64,000 bases of DNA from Candidatus Saccharimonadales bacterium (GTDB lineage Bacteria > Patescibacteriota > Saccharimonadia > Saccharimonadales > DASZAF01): positions 68,360 through 132,359 of the forward strand of contig DATIIB010000007.1 of the NCBI GenBank assembly GCA_035480055.1, written 5' to 3'. Every line of letters begins with the position of its first letter. Within the stretch, counting starts at the first letter, position 1. The translations under genes were made by a program, and so were the position numbers. This document shows, piece by piece, positions 56,435 through 64,000 of the stretch. The notes under the pieces are model-generated. The model saw only the letters and a program-made list of their open reading frames with translations, did no database searches and had not been told where the DNA came from.

Positions 56435-57628
56435 CTAACGCCAGAAGCTGAACTCAAGATGTCGCCCAAGCACCATAAAGGAGGTAGCGGCCATCAGTTG
56501 TACCAGGCAGATTACAAGAATAGTTACCTGTAACGATTCTGCGACAAGATATCCCGCAAGCAATGCGCCAGCCGCTGCTGCTGTAATTTTTAAGCTGGCA
56601 CCAGTGGTGAATACCTGGCTCCTTGAGTAGCTCGGCGCCTCTCGGTGACGTACAGCAAATATTGCAGCGAGTTGCGGCCCGTCTGCCAATCCAGCAACCA
56701 GCATGGCGAAAAACACGATCAACCTACTATCTGCGAACGCAAGTATAAGCATGGCAACTGCGAGCACGACGGTAGTCAAAAGTGCAATTGTATCCGGACT
56801 ATACCGAGTTGGCCACTTCGCGTAAGCAATGGTGGCTGCAAGCGCGGAGGCAGAGAGTACGGACATTAACACACCACCATATCCCACGTTGCCAAACACT
56901 TCCCTACCAATTAGCGGACAGGCCACCCACAGCATGCCAATGCCAAGATAGGATATAACCGAGGTCAGCGTAATGCGGAGCAATGCACGCCTCGCAATAA
57001 TTACTTTAAATCCTGCTACGACGTCTTGCAGAAATGACGTTACGTGAATTGTTGAGCGACCACTGTGCTTAGGAAGCAACCACGCCATCGGAAGCGCAGC
57101 CACAAGTAAGCCAATGAGTACGGCAATAGCCCACCCAGCACCGAACCATGCCGCAATCACGCCAGCGAGAGCTGGGCCCGCCAAGCCAGCAATATTAAAG
57201 GTAGTTGCATCGATAGCACTTGCACGAGTCATGTGCTCATCTGCGATAAATGATTTGAGCCGTGATGACCAGCCGCCAGAGATTGCGGGCATAAATACCC
57301 CTGTCGCAAACGCAAGTATCCAAGAAAGCCACGTTGGAATATGACCGATAGATAGTGCGATAAGCGTTAGCCCAAGAGCATAAAAGCTAATAGCCAACCC
57401 CAGAATCCGTCCTGGATGTTTCGACCTGTCCAGCAACGCACCGAGCAACGGTCCACCGACCGCGGCGGCAAATGTCAAACTAGCCAGCAAGGTAGAACCG
57501 AGCGCCGCTGAACCAGCTGCAATTCCCACCAACAAAATGGCCTGTCCTGACATCTCGTCACCAAGGCGTGCCGGCAATGCACCCGCCAAGTAGTGCGAGA
57601 GTGTGTAACGTGTTTCTTTATTATTCAC
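56435..57628 (-). CDS. MFS transporter
   Basis: 397 aa with about 12 TM helices and the loop motif LLDRSKHPGR. Confidence 0.8.
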   Translation of the reverse strand: MNNKETRYTLSHYLAGALPARLGDEMSGQAILLVGIAAGSAALGSTLLASLTFAAAVGGPLLGALLDRSKHPGRILGLAISFYALGLTLIALSIGHIPTWLSWILAFATGVFMPAISGGWSSRLKSFIADEHMTRASAIDATTFNIAGLAGPALAGVIAAWFGAGWAIAVLIGLLVAALPMAWLLPKHSGRSTIHVTSFLQDVVAGFKVIIARRALLRITLTSVISYLGIGMLWVACPLIGREVFGNVGYGGVLMSVLSASALAATIAYAKWPTRYSPDTIALLTTVVLAVAMLILAFADSRLIVFFAMLVAGLADGPQLAAIFAVRHREAPSYSRSQVFTTGASLKITAAAAGALLAGYLVAESLQVTILVICLVQLMAATSFMVLGRHLEFSFWR

Positions 57629-57651
57629 GTTACAAATGATATACTAGCGAT

Positions 57652-58242
57652 ATGAAAAATGCAAACCTCAGCCTGCACCCGCTTGGATCTGCCGTTCATG
57701 CCGCAAAACGTGCTGCTGATATTATATTTATTTTACAAAGCAAGGAGCGGTCAGGTAATGCCGCGCTCGGTAAAAAAGTACGCGAAATCCTGAAAGTATA
57801 TGGAGAACAAAATCCCGAGCTCAATTCTGCCGATATTGACGAGCTAAAGAAAGTATCGCAAGAACTATATGCCGTCTTTGCTACAAAAGATGTGGACGAT
57901 GCCGCTGGTATCTTGAATTTACTCTTGAATCGGTACGCCAGTGCCCCACGTCTCAGTGCGCATGCTGGAACGCCGTGGCATTTACACGTAGACAGCAACG
58001 ATCATGCGCCTTGGGCAGAATGGTTTGCCGCTTCTTCGGCCTTAGCATTGGCCAGCCTGCTCGCAGAGAAACAACGCAATCCAGGGGGTTTATGTGCCTC
58101 TCCTTCGTGTGGACGACCATACATCGATCAAGGCAAAGGTGGCGGACGAAGCTACTGTTCGCCACGCTGCGCAACACGTGAGCGGGTAGCAGCTTACCGT
58201 AAAACCAGAAAAACTCCTACCAATTCACAGGCTCCGAATTAA
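57652..58242 (+). CDS. ABATE/CGNR zinc-finger-like protein
   Basis: 196 aa with C-terminal CASPSCGRPYIDQGKGGGRSYCSPRCATRERVAAYR (CGNR replaced by CATR). Confidence 0.6.
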   Translation: MKNANLSLHPLGSAVHAAKRAADIIFILQSKERSGNAALGKKVREILKVYGEQNPELNSADIDELKKVSQELYAVFATKDVDDAAGILNLLLNRYASAPRLSAHAGTPWHLHVDSNDHAPWAEWFAASSALALASLLAEKQRNPGGLCASPSCGRPYIDQGKGGGRSYCSPRCATRERVAAYRKTRKTPTNSQAPN

Positions 58243-58315
58243 AATACCAGTGGCCGGTGCAACAAAAAGTCCTAGCAAATAAATCCTAGAACTTTTCATA
58301 TCTGTAATTCAAACT

Positions 58316-58391
58316 TGGTGGCTCCTCCCAGACTCGAACTGGGGACACAAGGCTCTTCAGGCCTCTGCTCTACCAACTGAGCTAAAGAGCC
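58316..58391 (-). tRNA. tRNA-Phe(GAA)
   Basis: 76 nt with anticodon loop CTGAAGA and encoded CCA. Confidence 0.9.
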
Positions 58392-58457
58392 ACATCATGT
58401 GGTAACAGGGGCTATTGTATGGTATTTCCCCTGATTATTCAAGCAGTCAAGGGCGAC

Positions 58458-59213
58458 TTATTGGCCGCTGAACTTTTTGAAAGCGTCAGCAAAGTCGGCT
58501 GGCAAGACAAATACGGTCTTTTGCGAAGGCTCTACCGCGATTTTCTCCAGCGTTTGCAGCGTCCGAATACCCATGCCACCTGGAACACGGCTCAGAATTG
58601 CGGCGGCTTCGGCCACTTGCTGCGCAGCTGCTTTCTCACCTTCGGCGGTGATGATCACCGAGCGGCGTTCGCGTTCTGCCTCAGCCTGCTTGGCCATGGC
58701 GCGCTTCATGTCTTGCGGCAGCTCGATGTTTTGAATCTTCACATTCTCGACATCAATCCCCCACTTGTCTGTCTCGGCATCCACAATCTGCTTGATCTGC
58801 TGGCTGATCTGCTCGCGCTGGCCAAGTAACTGATCCATTTCCACATTGCCAACCACATCGCGAAGCGCCGCTTGGGCAAACTGGGCGGTTGCGTAGCGAT
58901 AGTTGTTGGTTTCTAGCACTGCTCGCGCGGCATTCACTGCACGGAAGTAGACCACTGCATCCACTTTAATGGTGACGTTATCTTTGGTGATCACCTCTTG
59001 CTGCGGCACGTCCACAGGGGTGGAGCGCACATCGACTTTGGTCATCTGCTGCAAAATCGGGATCAGCAAGCGCAGGCCCGGCTCCTTCATGCCTGAATAC
59101 CGACCGAGCGTCAGCACCACGCCGCGTTCGTACTGGTTGATAATCCGCACCCCAGTGACCAACACCACGATGATCAGTATGATAACGAAGATTAATAAGC
59201 CTTCCATAGACAC
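58458..59213 (-). CDS. SPFH/band-7 (stomatin-like) protein
   Basis: 251 aa with an N-terminal TM helix, then QYERGVVLTLGRY...TKDNV...DAVVYFR. Confidence 0.9.
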   Translation of the reverse strand: MSMEGLLIFVIILIIVVLVTGVRIINQYERGVVLTLGRYSGMKEPGLRLLIPILQQMTKVDVRSTPVDVPQQEVITKDNVTIKVDAVVYFRAVNAARAVLETNNYRYATAQFAQAALRDVVGNVEMDQLLGQREQISQQIKQIVDAETDKWGIDVENVKIQNIELPQDMKRAMAKQAEAERERRSVIITAEGEKAAAQQVAEAAAILSRVPGGMGIRTLQTLEKIAVEPSQKTVFVLPADFADAFKKFSGQ

Positions 59214-59261
59214 CTCTTTACACTTTGAATTGTAGCATATAAGAGGTGGGAAGGTAATGTC

Positions 59262-59720
59262 TTAGGATTTTGGCGCAGGCGGTGCGGTCAAAGCATCCAC
59301 CATTTTGACTACTTTTTTGGAAAGGCCTTCTTGCTTAAACAGCTCGACCAGCGCAGCAGTCTTTTTTAAATCAGCATCGAAGAGGGTTAACGGCATAGTC
59401 TGTGCCTGCTTTCCGTATTGTGCCGCCACTTGCCGAAAAAAGGTCAAAGGAACAAAAACGATCAGTCCTTGCTGTGCATATCCCCGAAGGCGCCGGCGAT
59501 ACCTCAGCCCAGCCACCAGACCTACTGTGCGATATATAAAGACGCCAAGTGCGGCCAAGATACCTACGATGGGCAGAAAAATTCCCTTCGGCACGCCGCC
59601 TGCCTCCAGCAAAGTGAGCGAGGTAGCAAAATACACAAACCCAATGCCAGCACTCAACCGGATAGGCAATTCGGCTAATCCCCTGGGCGGCTGCAGCAAA
59701 TCTACTTTGCTTTCGGCCAC
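59262..59720 (-). CDS. hypothetical membrane protein
   Basis: 152 aa with two TM helices. Confidence 0.45.
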   Translation of the reverse strand: MAESKVDLLQPPRGLAELPIRLSAGIGFVYFATSLTLLEAGGVPKGIFLPIVGILAALGVFIYRTVGLVAGLRYRRRLRGYAQQGLIVFVPLTFFRQVAAQYGKQAQTMPLTLFDADLKKTAALVELFKQEGLSKKVVKMVDALTAPPAPKS

Positions 59721-59831
59721 CGCAGCGTAGCCATAGGAAGTGATGCGATTCGTAGACTTTTTGATGCTTCCAGCATAGCATGTTGCTACCAGAAATATAA
59801 AAATCCCACCGCAAGGATGAGATTTGTATAT

Positions 59832-59908
59832 TGGTGGGCGCTGAGGGACTCGAACCCCCGACCCCCTCGGTGTAAACGAGGTGCTCTAGCCAACTGAGCT
59901 AAGCGCCC
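59832..59908 (-). tRNA. tRNA-Val(TAC)
   Basis: 77 nt with anticodon loop TTTACAC and encoded CCA. Confidence 0.9.
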
Positions 59909-59938
59909 ATAACAGAGGTATTCTACCAAACTTTAGGC

Positions 59939-60268
59939 TTATTGCCAAGTGCGTTGCTTGTTGTTCTCTTCTTTGTCACGAAAGGCTTGCTCGATGTCCA
60001 CACCCAAGCGGTTAGCAATGCTGGTCAGAACGATCAAGATATCTGCAATTTCGCCAGCCGCATCCAGCTCATACTGTTTATTTACGTCGATCGCCAAGCC
60101 TGCGTGCGATTTGCGGATGCACTTCATCAGCTCGCCAACCTCTTCTGCCAGCAATAATGCCGGCTGCATGACCGTCTGATCAGAAAAGCCGCGCTCAGCT
60201 TCCATGGCCACGACGTAATCTTGGATGTCTTGGAGGGTGGGGTGGGATTTGAGATGGAGGGTGCTCAT
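59939..60268 (-). CDS. MazG-like nucleotide pyrophosphohydrolase
   Basis: 109 aa with LLLAEEVGELMKCIRK and EIADILIVLTSIANRLGVDIEQAF. Confidence 0.8.
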   Translation of the reverse strand: MSTLHLKSHPTLQDIQDYVVAMEAERGFSDQTVMQPALLLAEEVGELMKCIRKSHAGLAIDVNKQYELDAAGEIADILIVLTSIANRLGVDIEQAFRDKEENNKQRTWQ

Positions 60269-60300
60269 TGGGTTGAGTATGGAAGGTTAGGGGTGGGGAG

Positions 60301-61539
60301 TCAAGGCAGATAAATAGCAGACTGAGAGGTAGTATCGATCTCACTGATCGAGAGGAAGAACTGCCGATCGCGGGTTATAACTGCCTGTAGCAATGCCAGA
60401 CCACTTTGATTACATTGTTCTATGATATCGATATCGGTTTGATGAGTAGCTCTCCATAGAAGTAGAGTATCCCCCTTATACAATTCGATACGACGCTTCA
60501 TCCCCTCAAGTTCAATGGTTAGCGTAAGGTCAACTTTTAATTTAACTCTAATAAATCGTGCTCGGCGTGTCTCATCATAGAATTGCTCTACATCGTAAAA
60601 GCTATCCTCAATGTTAAGAAGATCTAACAAGATTCTATGATTCTTTGCTAATCTTGGCATTCCGAGCTCAGCGTTGAAATCAAAGTAACGTCGGGCTTCC
60701 TCAGAATCAAGCTTTGTTGCGGTAATAAACAAATCATTTCGTCCGATGCTATTATAGATAGTTCTCAGAGCGTCACTAGGTGAACGCAAGTTGTTTAGGG
60801 TTCCTCCAACCGCTAAAACAAGGTTAATAGCCTTATGAGGATCTTCTTTTGCGATAAGGTCATCAAAACGTTCGTAAGTTATATCTCTTTCATAACCTTC
60901 GAAATCGACTCGCCCCTCGAACCATTTATTAATATTTTTACGGGCAAGGTTTAGCATTTCGGCACTTATATCAATTCCAACGTATCTCCCAAGTGCAGCG
61001 CGCTCATATAAGAGATGGGACAGAAGCTCCTTCACGGGCAATCCATTACCAACACCTATATCGATGACATTGACTCGATCGTAGTCTTCAATCAAACTGT
61101 CGATTACCCCTAAGCTCGAGCGCAACAATCTTACAGTTGCGTTAAGAGTATTGTCACCTTCTTCATTCCAGAGTCTTTTCGTGTAGTTATCCCAGTAGTC
61201 AACTCCACCATCAAAGTAGCTGTACTGCAAAGGGAGTTCATGATGAATCTCAACATTCGAAATAATATCAAAAATTTGCTTCCGTGAATAAAGCTCGTAA
61301 AACTCTTTCTTCGGTGTCACCACCTTATGCGCTCGCGTGTTCTTATACTTTTTGCCGCGCGCCACCAACTCCTCGATCAGCCGAAGATTCTTTGCAGTAT
61401 TCGCAATGTGCGCCTTACCTTTGTGCTCATAGAGCTGCAGTTCAAGTTTGCCTTGCCGTGCAGCATCGATCCATTTGCGCACCGCAGATTCCGAGACAGG
61501 ATACAGTTTTGTTAATTCAACGTTTTTAAAATACTGCAT
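60301..61539 (-). CDS. HTH-fused SAM-dependent methyltransferase, EgtD/Methyltransf_33-like (paralog of 12305-13528)
   Basis: 412 aa, colinear with the copy-A enzyme over its full length (KLELQLYEHKGKAHIA, VTPKKEFYEL, PLQYSYFDGG, VIDIGVGNGLPVKELL, GIDISAEML, VGGTLNNLRSPSDA). Confidence 0.65.
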   Translation of the reverse strand: MQYFKNVELTKLYPVSESAVRKWIDAARQGKLELQLYEHKGKAHIANTAKNLRLIEELVARGKKYKNTRAHKVVTPKKEFYELYSRKQIFDIISNVEIHHELPLQYSYFDGGVDYWDNYTKRLWNEEGDNTLNATVRLLRSSLGVIDSLIEDYDRVNVIDIGVGNGLPVKELLSHLLYERAALGRYVGIDISAEMLNLARKNINKWFEGRVDFEGYERDITYERFDDLIAKEDPHKAINLVLAVGGTLNNLRSPSDALRTIYNSIGRNDLFITATKLDSEEARRYFDFNAELGMPRLAKNHRILLDLLNIEDSFYDVEQFYDETRRARFIRVKLKVDLTLTIELEGMKRRIELYKGDTLLLWRATHQTDIDIIEQCNQSGLALLQAVITRDRQFFLSISEIDTTSQSAIYLP

Positions 61540-61713
61540 AGTTTAATTATGAGCTTGTCTCAATAAAATAGTAAATATTACAATCTGCCTGTTGACACGA
61601 TGCGTTGTATTTTCGTATCCTCATACGTGAGTAAATCGCGCGTGTTTTGCTCTAGGACGAACAATTGCATCTGCTACTGAGGGTAGCACAGTATTATGTG
61701 TTTTCCAAGAGCA

Positions 61714-61733
61714 TATGTGTAGGGTATGTGTAG
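61714..61733 (+). repeat. direct repeats TATGTGTAG x2 spaced 11 nt (third partial TATGTGT at 61695)
   Basis: By inspection, in the divergent intergenic region between the methyltransferase and the cassette. Confidence 0.3.
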
Positions 61734-61799
61734 AAGATCTGAAAAACTATTCTACCCTGTGTCAGACAAGAGAATTCGGTAATGTACTGGAGGGGACCT

Positions 61800-62075
61800 A
61801 TGGCCATAATTTCCTGGCCCGACCTAGAGTTACGTCAGCAAAACGTATCATGCGCGATCTGCCAGCAGATAACACCGCTACAAAGCGCGACCGCTGGACC
61901 ATATGACGCCAATGGGGAGCAGGCATTTGCTTGCAACCAACACTTCTGGAGTAGCACTCGGCTTATCCTGGGATGGACGGATTTTACTATATTGCAGCAG
62001 GAGCGCCGCGCACCACGGCCGTCGCCTATAGCAGCGCAAGTTGGAGGAGATGGGAGGGCAGCGACGCATGGATAA
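61800..62075 (+). CDS. cassette zinc-ribbon-like protein, copy C
   Basis: The ORF begins at 61782, but the probable start is MAIISWPD at 61800 behind GGAGGGG. This is the same MAII start as copy B. Confidence 0.6.
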   Translation: MAIISWPDLELRQQNVSCAICQQITPLQSATAGPYDANGEQAFACNQHFWSSTRLILGWTDFTILQQERRAPRPSPIAAQVGGDGRAATHG

Positions 62076-62568
62076 AAACATATACGTTGAAAGGCGTGAT
62101 CTTGCAACAAGCGGCATGACGGAACTTGCGGCCGACATGGTGCTGCACATGTATGCGAGGCGATTTCCAGACTACACCATTGTCGTGGCCGCAGAACCTT
62201 TTCTCCTGCTTAGAGTGGTCCGCAAACAATGGCTCAAGCTGCTCCGCACGGTGCAGCGCGAACGGTCCAAAACGCTCAACGCCCGGCGCATCGCCCAGCT
62301 GAGCCAAGATATTACCCGCATGCAAGAACTCCGCTTTGCCACCAAGACGCCGGACGAGGAACCACTCGCCAGCGTCTTTTTTATTAAGGAGAGGCAGCTA
62401 AGCGAGATGCTTCCGCCCATCTCTACCTGTTACATTAGTCCCGAGATGAACCACGAACCGTGCGCCACGCGCTGCGAGCAAATCCTTCAAGCCAAAGGCT
62501 TGCTTGTAACGTATCGGATCACTCCCCCGCCTGAGCCCAAAAAAAGCGACGCCAAGCTCATTTTCTAA
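62068..62568 (+). CDS. cassette partner protein, copy C
   Basis: The ORF begins at 62041, with the probable start MDKNIYVERRDL at 62068, an 8-nt overlap with the upstream gene. Core EPFLLLRVVRKQWLKLLRTVQRERSKTL. Confidence 0.6.
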   Translation: MDKNIYVERRDLATSGMTELAADMVLHMYARRFPDYTIVVAAEPFLLLRVVRKQWLKLLRTVQRERSKTLNARRIAQLSQDITRMQELRFATKTPDEEPLASVFFIKERQLSEMLPPISTCYISPEMNHEPCATRCEQILQAKGLLVTYRITPPPEPKKSDAKLIF

Positions 62569-63209
62569 AGAACCTGCGAGGAGAGTGCCGTCTTCCAGAG
62601 TGCGTCGAATGCCTCGAGTGTAAGTCGTGCGCTTAATCGGTCGCGGTAATACTCCTGAAGCGCGGCGGGAATGTCTCCACCGTTATAGGACCAGGCTCGC
62701 AACCAACGCTGCGTCTTTATCTGAGCCATTACCCGCATTTTGCTGGTGGTGATCTCACCAAAGTCCAGCAACATTACTTGGCAATCGGCATGTAACCCAT
62801 TGTTCAAAGTACTATTGAAGGCCAGCTCGGCCACCCCATATCGCCAATGAAGCAAGATCAGGTCCACATAACTCTCGATAGCTTTCTTGCACTCGGCCGT
62901 CTCTTTTTTGAGCGCGGCGCCAAAAGTCACGACGTGATCTTGCGTGTACACACCTGTGCCTTCAAAAATTGGGTTGCCAAAAGAGGAAGCCATTTCTGGG
63001 TACTGCTCGATCAGCCTTTGCACAGAGCGAGCGGAGGAGATAGCTGCTCGGCGGTAATTAATGACGCGGCCTTCCACCGGCGCTTGGGCTGTGCCGCGCC
63101 AGCTTGCGACCACTTCCGCTGACTCTTGACGCGTTAATGGATTCTTCTGGACTCTTCCGTTCTGCAGATCGATCACTCGGTACTGCGCACCGCAAGAGAT
63201 GATGTTCAT
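62565..63209 (-). CDS. hypothetical protein, possibly an atypical kinase-like fold
   Basis: 214 aa. The only hints are G-rich N-terminal strands and LLDFGE. Weak call. Confidence 0.35.
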   Translation of the reverse strand: MNIISCGAQYRVIDLQNGRVQKNPLTRQESAEVVASWRGTAQAPVEGRVINYRRAAISSARSVQRLIEQYPEMASSFGNPIFEGTGVYTQDHVVTFGAALKKETAECKKAIESYVDLILLHWRYGVAELAFNSTLNNGLHADCQVMLLDFGEITTSKMRVMAQIKTQRWLRAWSYNGGDIPAALQEYYRDRLSARLTLEAFDALWKTALSSQVL

Positions 63210-63250
63210 TTGCTTATTATAGGGAAGCGGAGTCTTTCTGGACAGCGTTT

Positions 63251-63991
63251 CTAGGTTTCTTCAGGCTCGGCCGGCCTAAATTGCGGCAAGTTAAGCACCC
63301 AATCCACAAATTCGCCAAATGATGCAAACACCCGGTCAGCCCCAGCTGCCAAAAGCTGCTCCGCATCTGCACCATACCGGGGGATGCCCACGCTCTGTGC
63401 GCCAGTTTGATCGCCAGCCTGCACATCCCCGATGGCATCACCGACGACCATAATGTTCTCGAGTGGGACCCCGGTCATCTCCTGAGCTTGCTGCAGCGCC
63501 GAGGCCTTATCCTCAAACGAGATATGCCCTTCGCCTTGGGCGAAGATATGCTCAAACTGTTCAGGCTCCAGGCCAACTTCGCGCAGCGATTGTTCAATTT
63601 TGACACTCCCATTAGTGATAAGGCCGATACGGATGCCAGCATCGCGCAACCGTTGCACTCCCTCAACCACACCTTCAATTGGCTGAGCTGGACTTTCATC
63701 TTCGCGGCTCAGCTGCCGAAAACGCTCTAATAACTCAGCGCGCTCCTCCTCGGTCTCTTCTGGCCACAAGGTCGCCATAATGTCTTCGCCTTTGCCACCA
63801 ACCGACTCCCAGACTTTCTCGGAAAACTCTTCGGGCACTTCTTCGCCTTCATGCTGCTCCTCCCAAAGGGTAAGATGCCGATTATGCAAGGCTTGCCCTG
63901 AATCAATCAAAAGGTCGTCGCGGTCAAAGTAAATTATTTTAATTGGCGCAACTTCCTCGGTTTCGAGACGTTCGACTTGCCTCTCAAGCAT
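63251..63991 (-). CDS. HAD-superfamily hydrolase
   Basis: 246 aa with motif I YFDRDDLLIDS and motif IV VVGDAIGDVQAG. Confidence 0.75.
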   Translation of the reverse strand: MLERQVERLETEEVAPIKIIYFDRDDLLIDSGQALHNRHLTLWEEQHEGEEVPEEFSEKVWESVGGKGEDIMATLWPEETEEERAELLERFRQLSREDESPAQPIEGVVEGVQRLRDAGIRIGLITNGSVKIEQSLREVGLEPEQFEHIFAQGEGHISFEDKASALQQAQEMTGVPLENIMVVGDAIGDVQAGDQTGAQSVGIPRYGADAEQLLAAGADRVFASFGEFVDWVLNLPQFRPAEPEET

Positions 63992-64000
63992 AGCGCCTTC

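Noticed and set aside
58419-58829. 136-aa plus-strand ORF
   Set aside because: It is antisense to the SPFH/band-7 gene and is a shadow ORF.

Overview
64-kb bacterial chromosomal window of roughly 50% GC (judged by eye). All family calls come from motif recognition in the supplied translations; no database search was possible. Taxonomy cannot be settled from the sequence alone. The gene content (small housekeeping set, type IV pilin, htpX-lemA, many NUDIX/DUF1801 genes) would fit a small-genome lineage such as Patescibacteria/Saccharimonadia, but that is a guess. The backbone is mostly minus-strand housekeeping: rnc, NUDIX, nusB, a short bL32 missing from the ORF track, leuS, murF, ligA, an ITPase, htpX-lemA, and seven tRNA genes that all encode CCA. 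Two mobile elements can be delimited to the base. (1) A 12.9-kb integrative island (8836-21715) sits in tRNA-Ala(GGC), bounded by a perfect 45-bp direct repeat that starts at the anticodon loop. It carries integrase and excisionase, a translationally coupled 8-gene operon (NUDIX, archaeal-type adenylate-kinase-like, HAD, beta-RFAP-synthase-like enzyme, two glycosyltransferases, GDP-mannose-3,5-epimerase-like), a decayed DpdA-like gene and a membrane-protein pair. (2) A 7.3-kb IS1595-type cargo transposon (46120-53427) has 24/25 terminal inverted repeats and a 4-bp duplication. It splits a DUF1761 gene whose halves rejoin in frame. The most unusual signal is a translationally coupled two-gene cassette with no family I recognise: a ~90-aa CxxC...CxxH zinc-ribbon-like protein plus a ~150-aa partner with an EPF..R..RKQW...RERS.T core. 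It occurs three times as diverged paralogs, at 11045-11805, 51169-51865 and 61800-62568. Two copies lie on the mobile elements. Two copies are divergently paired with paralogous HTH-fused EgtD-like methyltransferases. All three sit beside nucleotide-active 'house-cleaning' enzymes. Also present are a DabA/DabB inorganic-carbon pump pair, a GmrSD-like DUF262/DUF1524 protein with a substituted motif histidine, an HNH endonuclease beside tRNAs, and two decayed genes.
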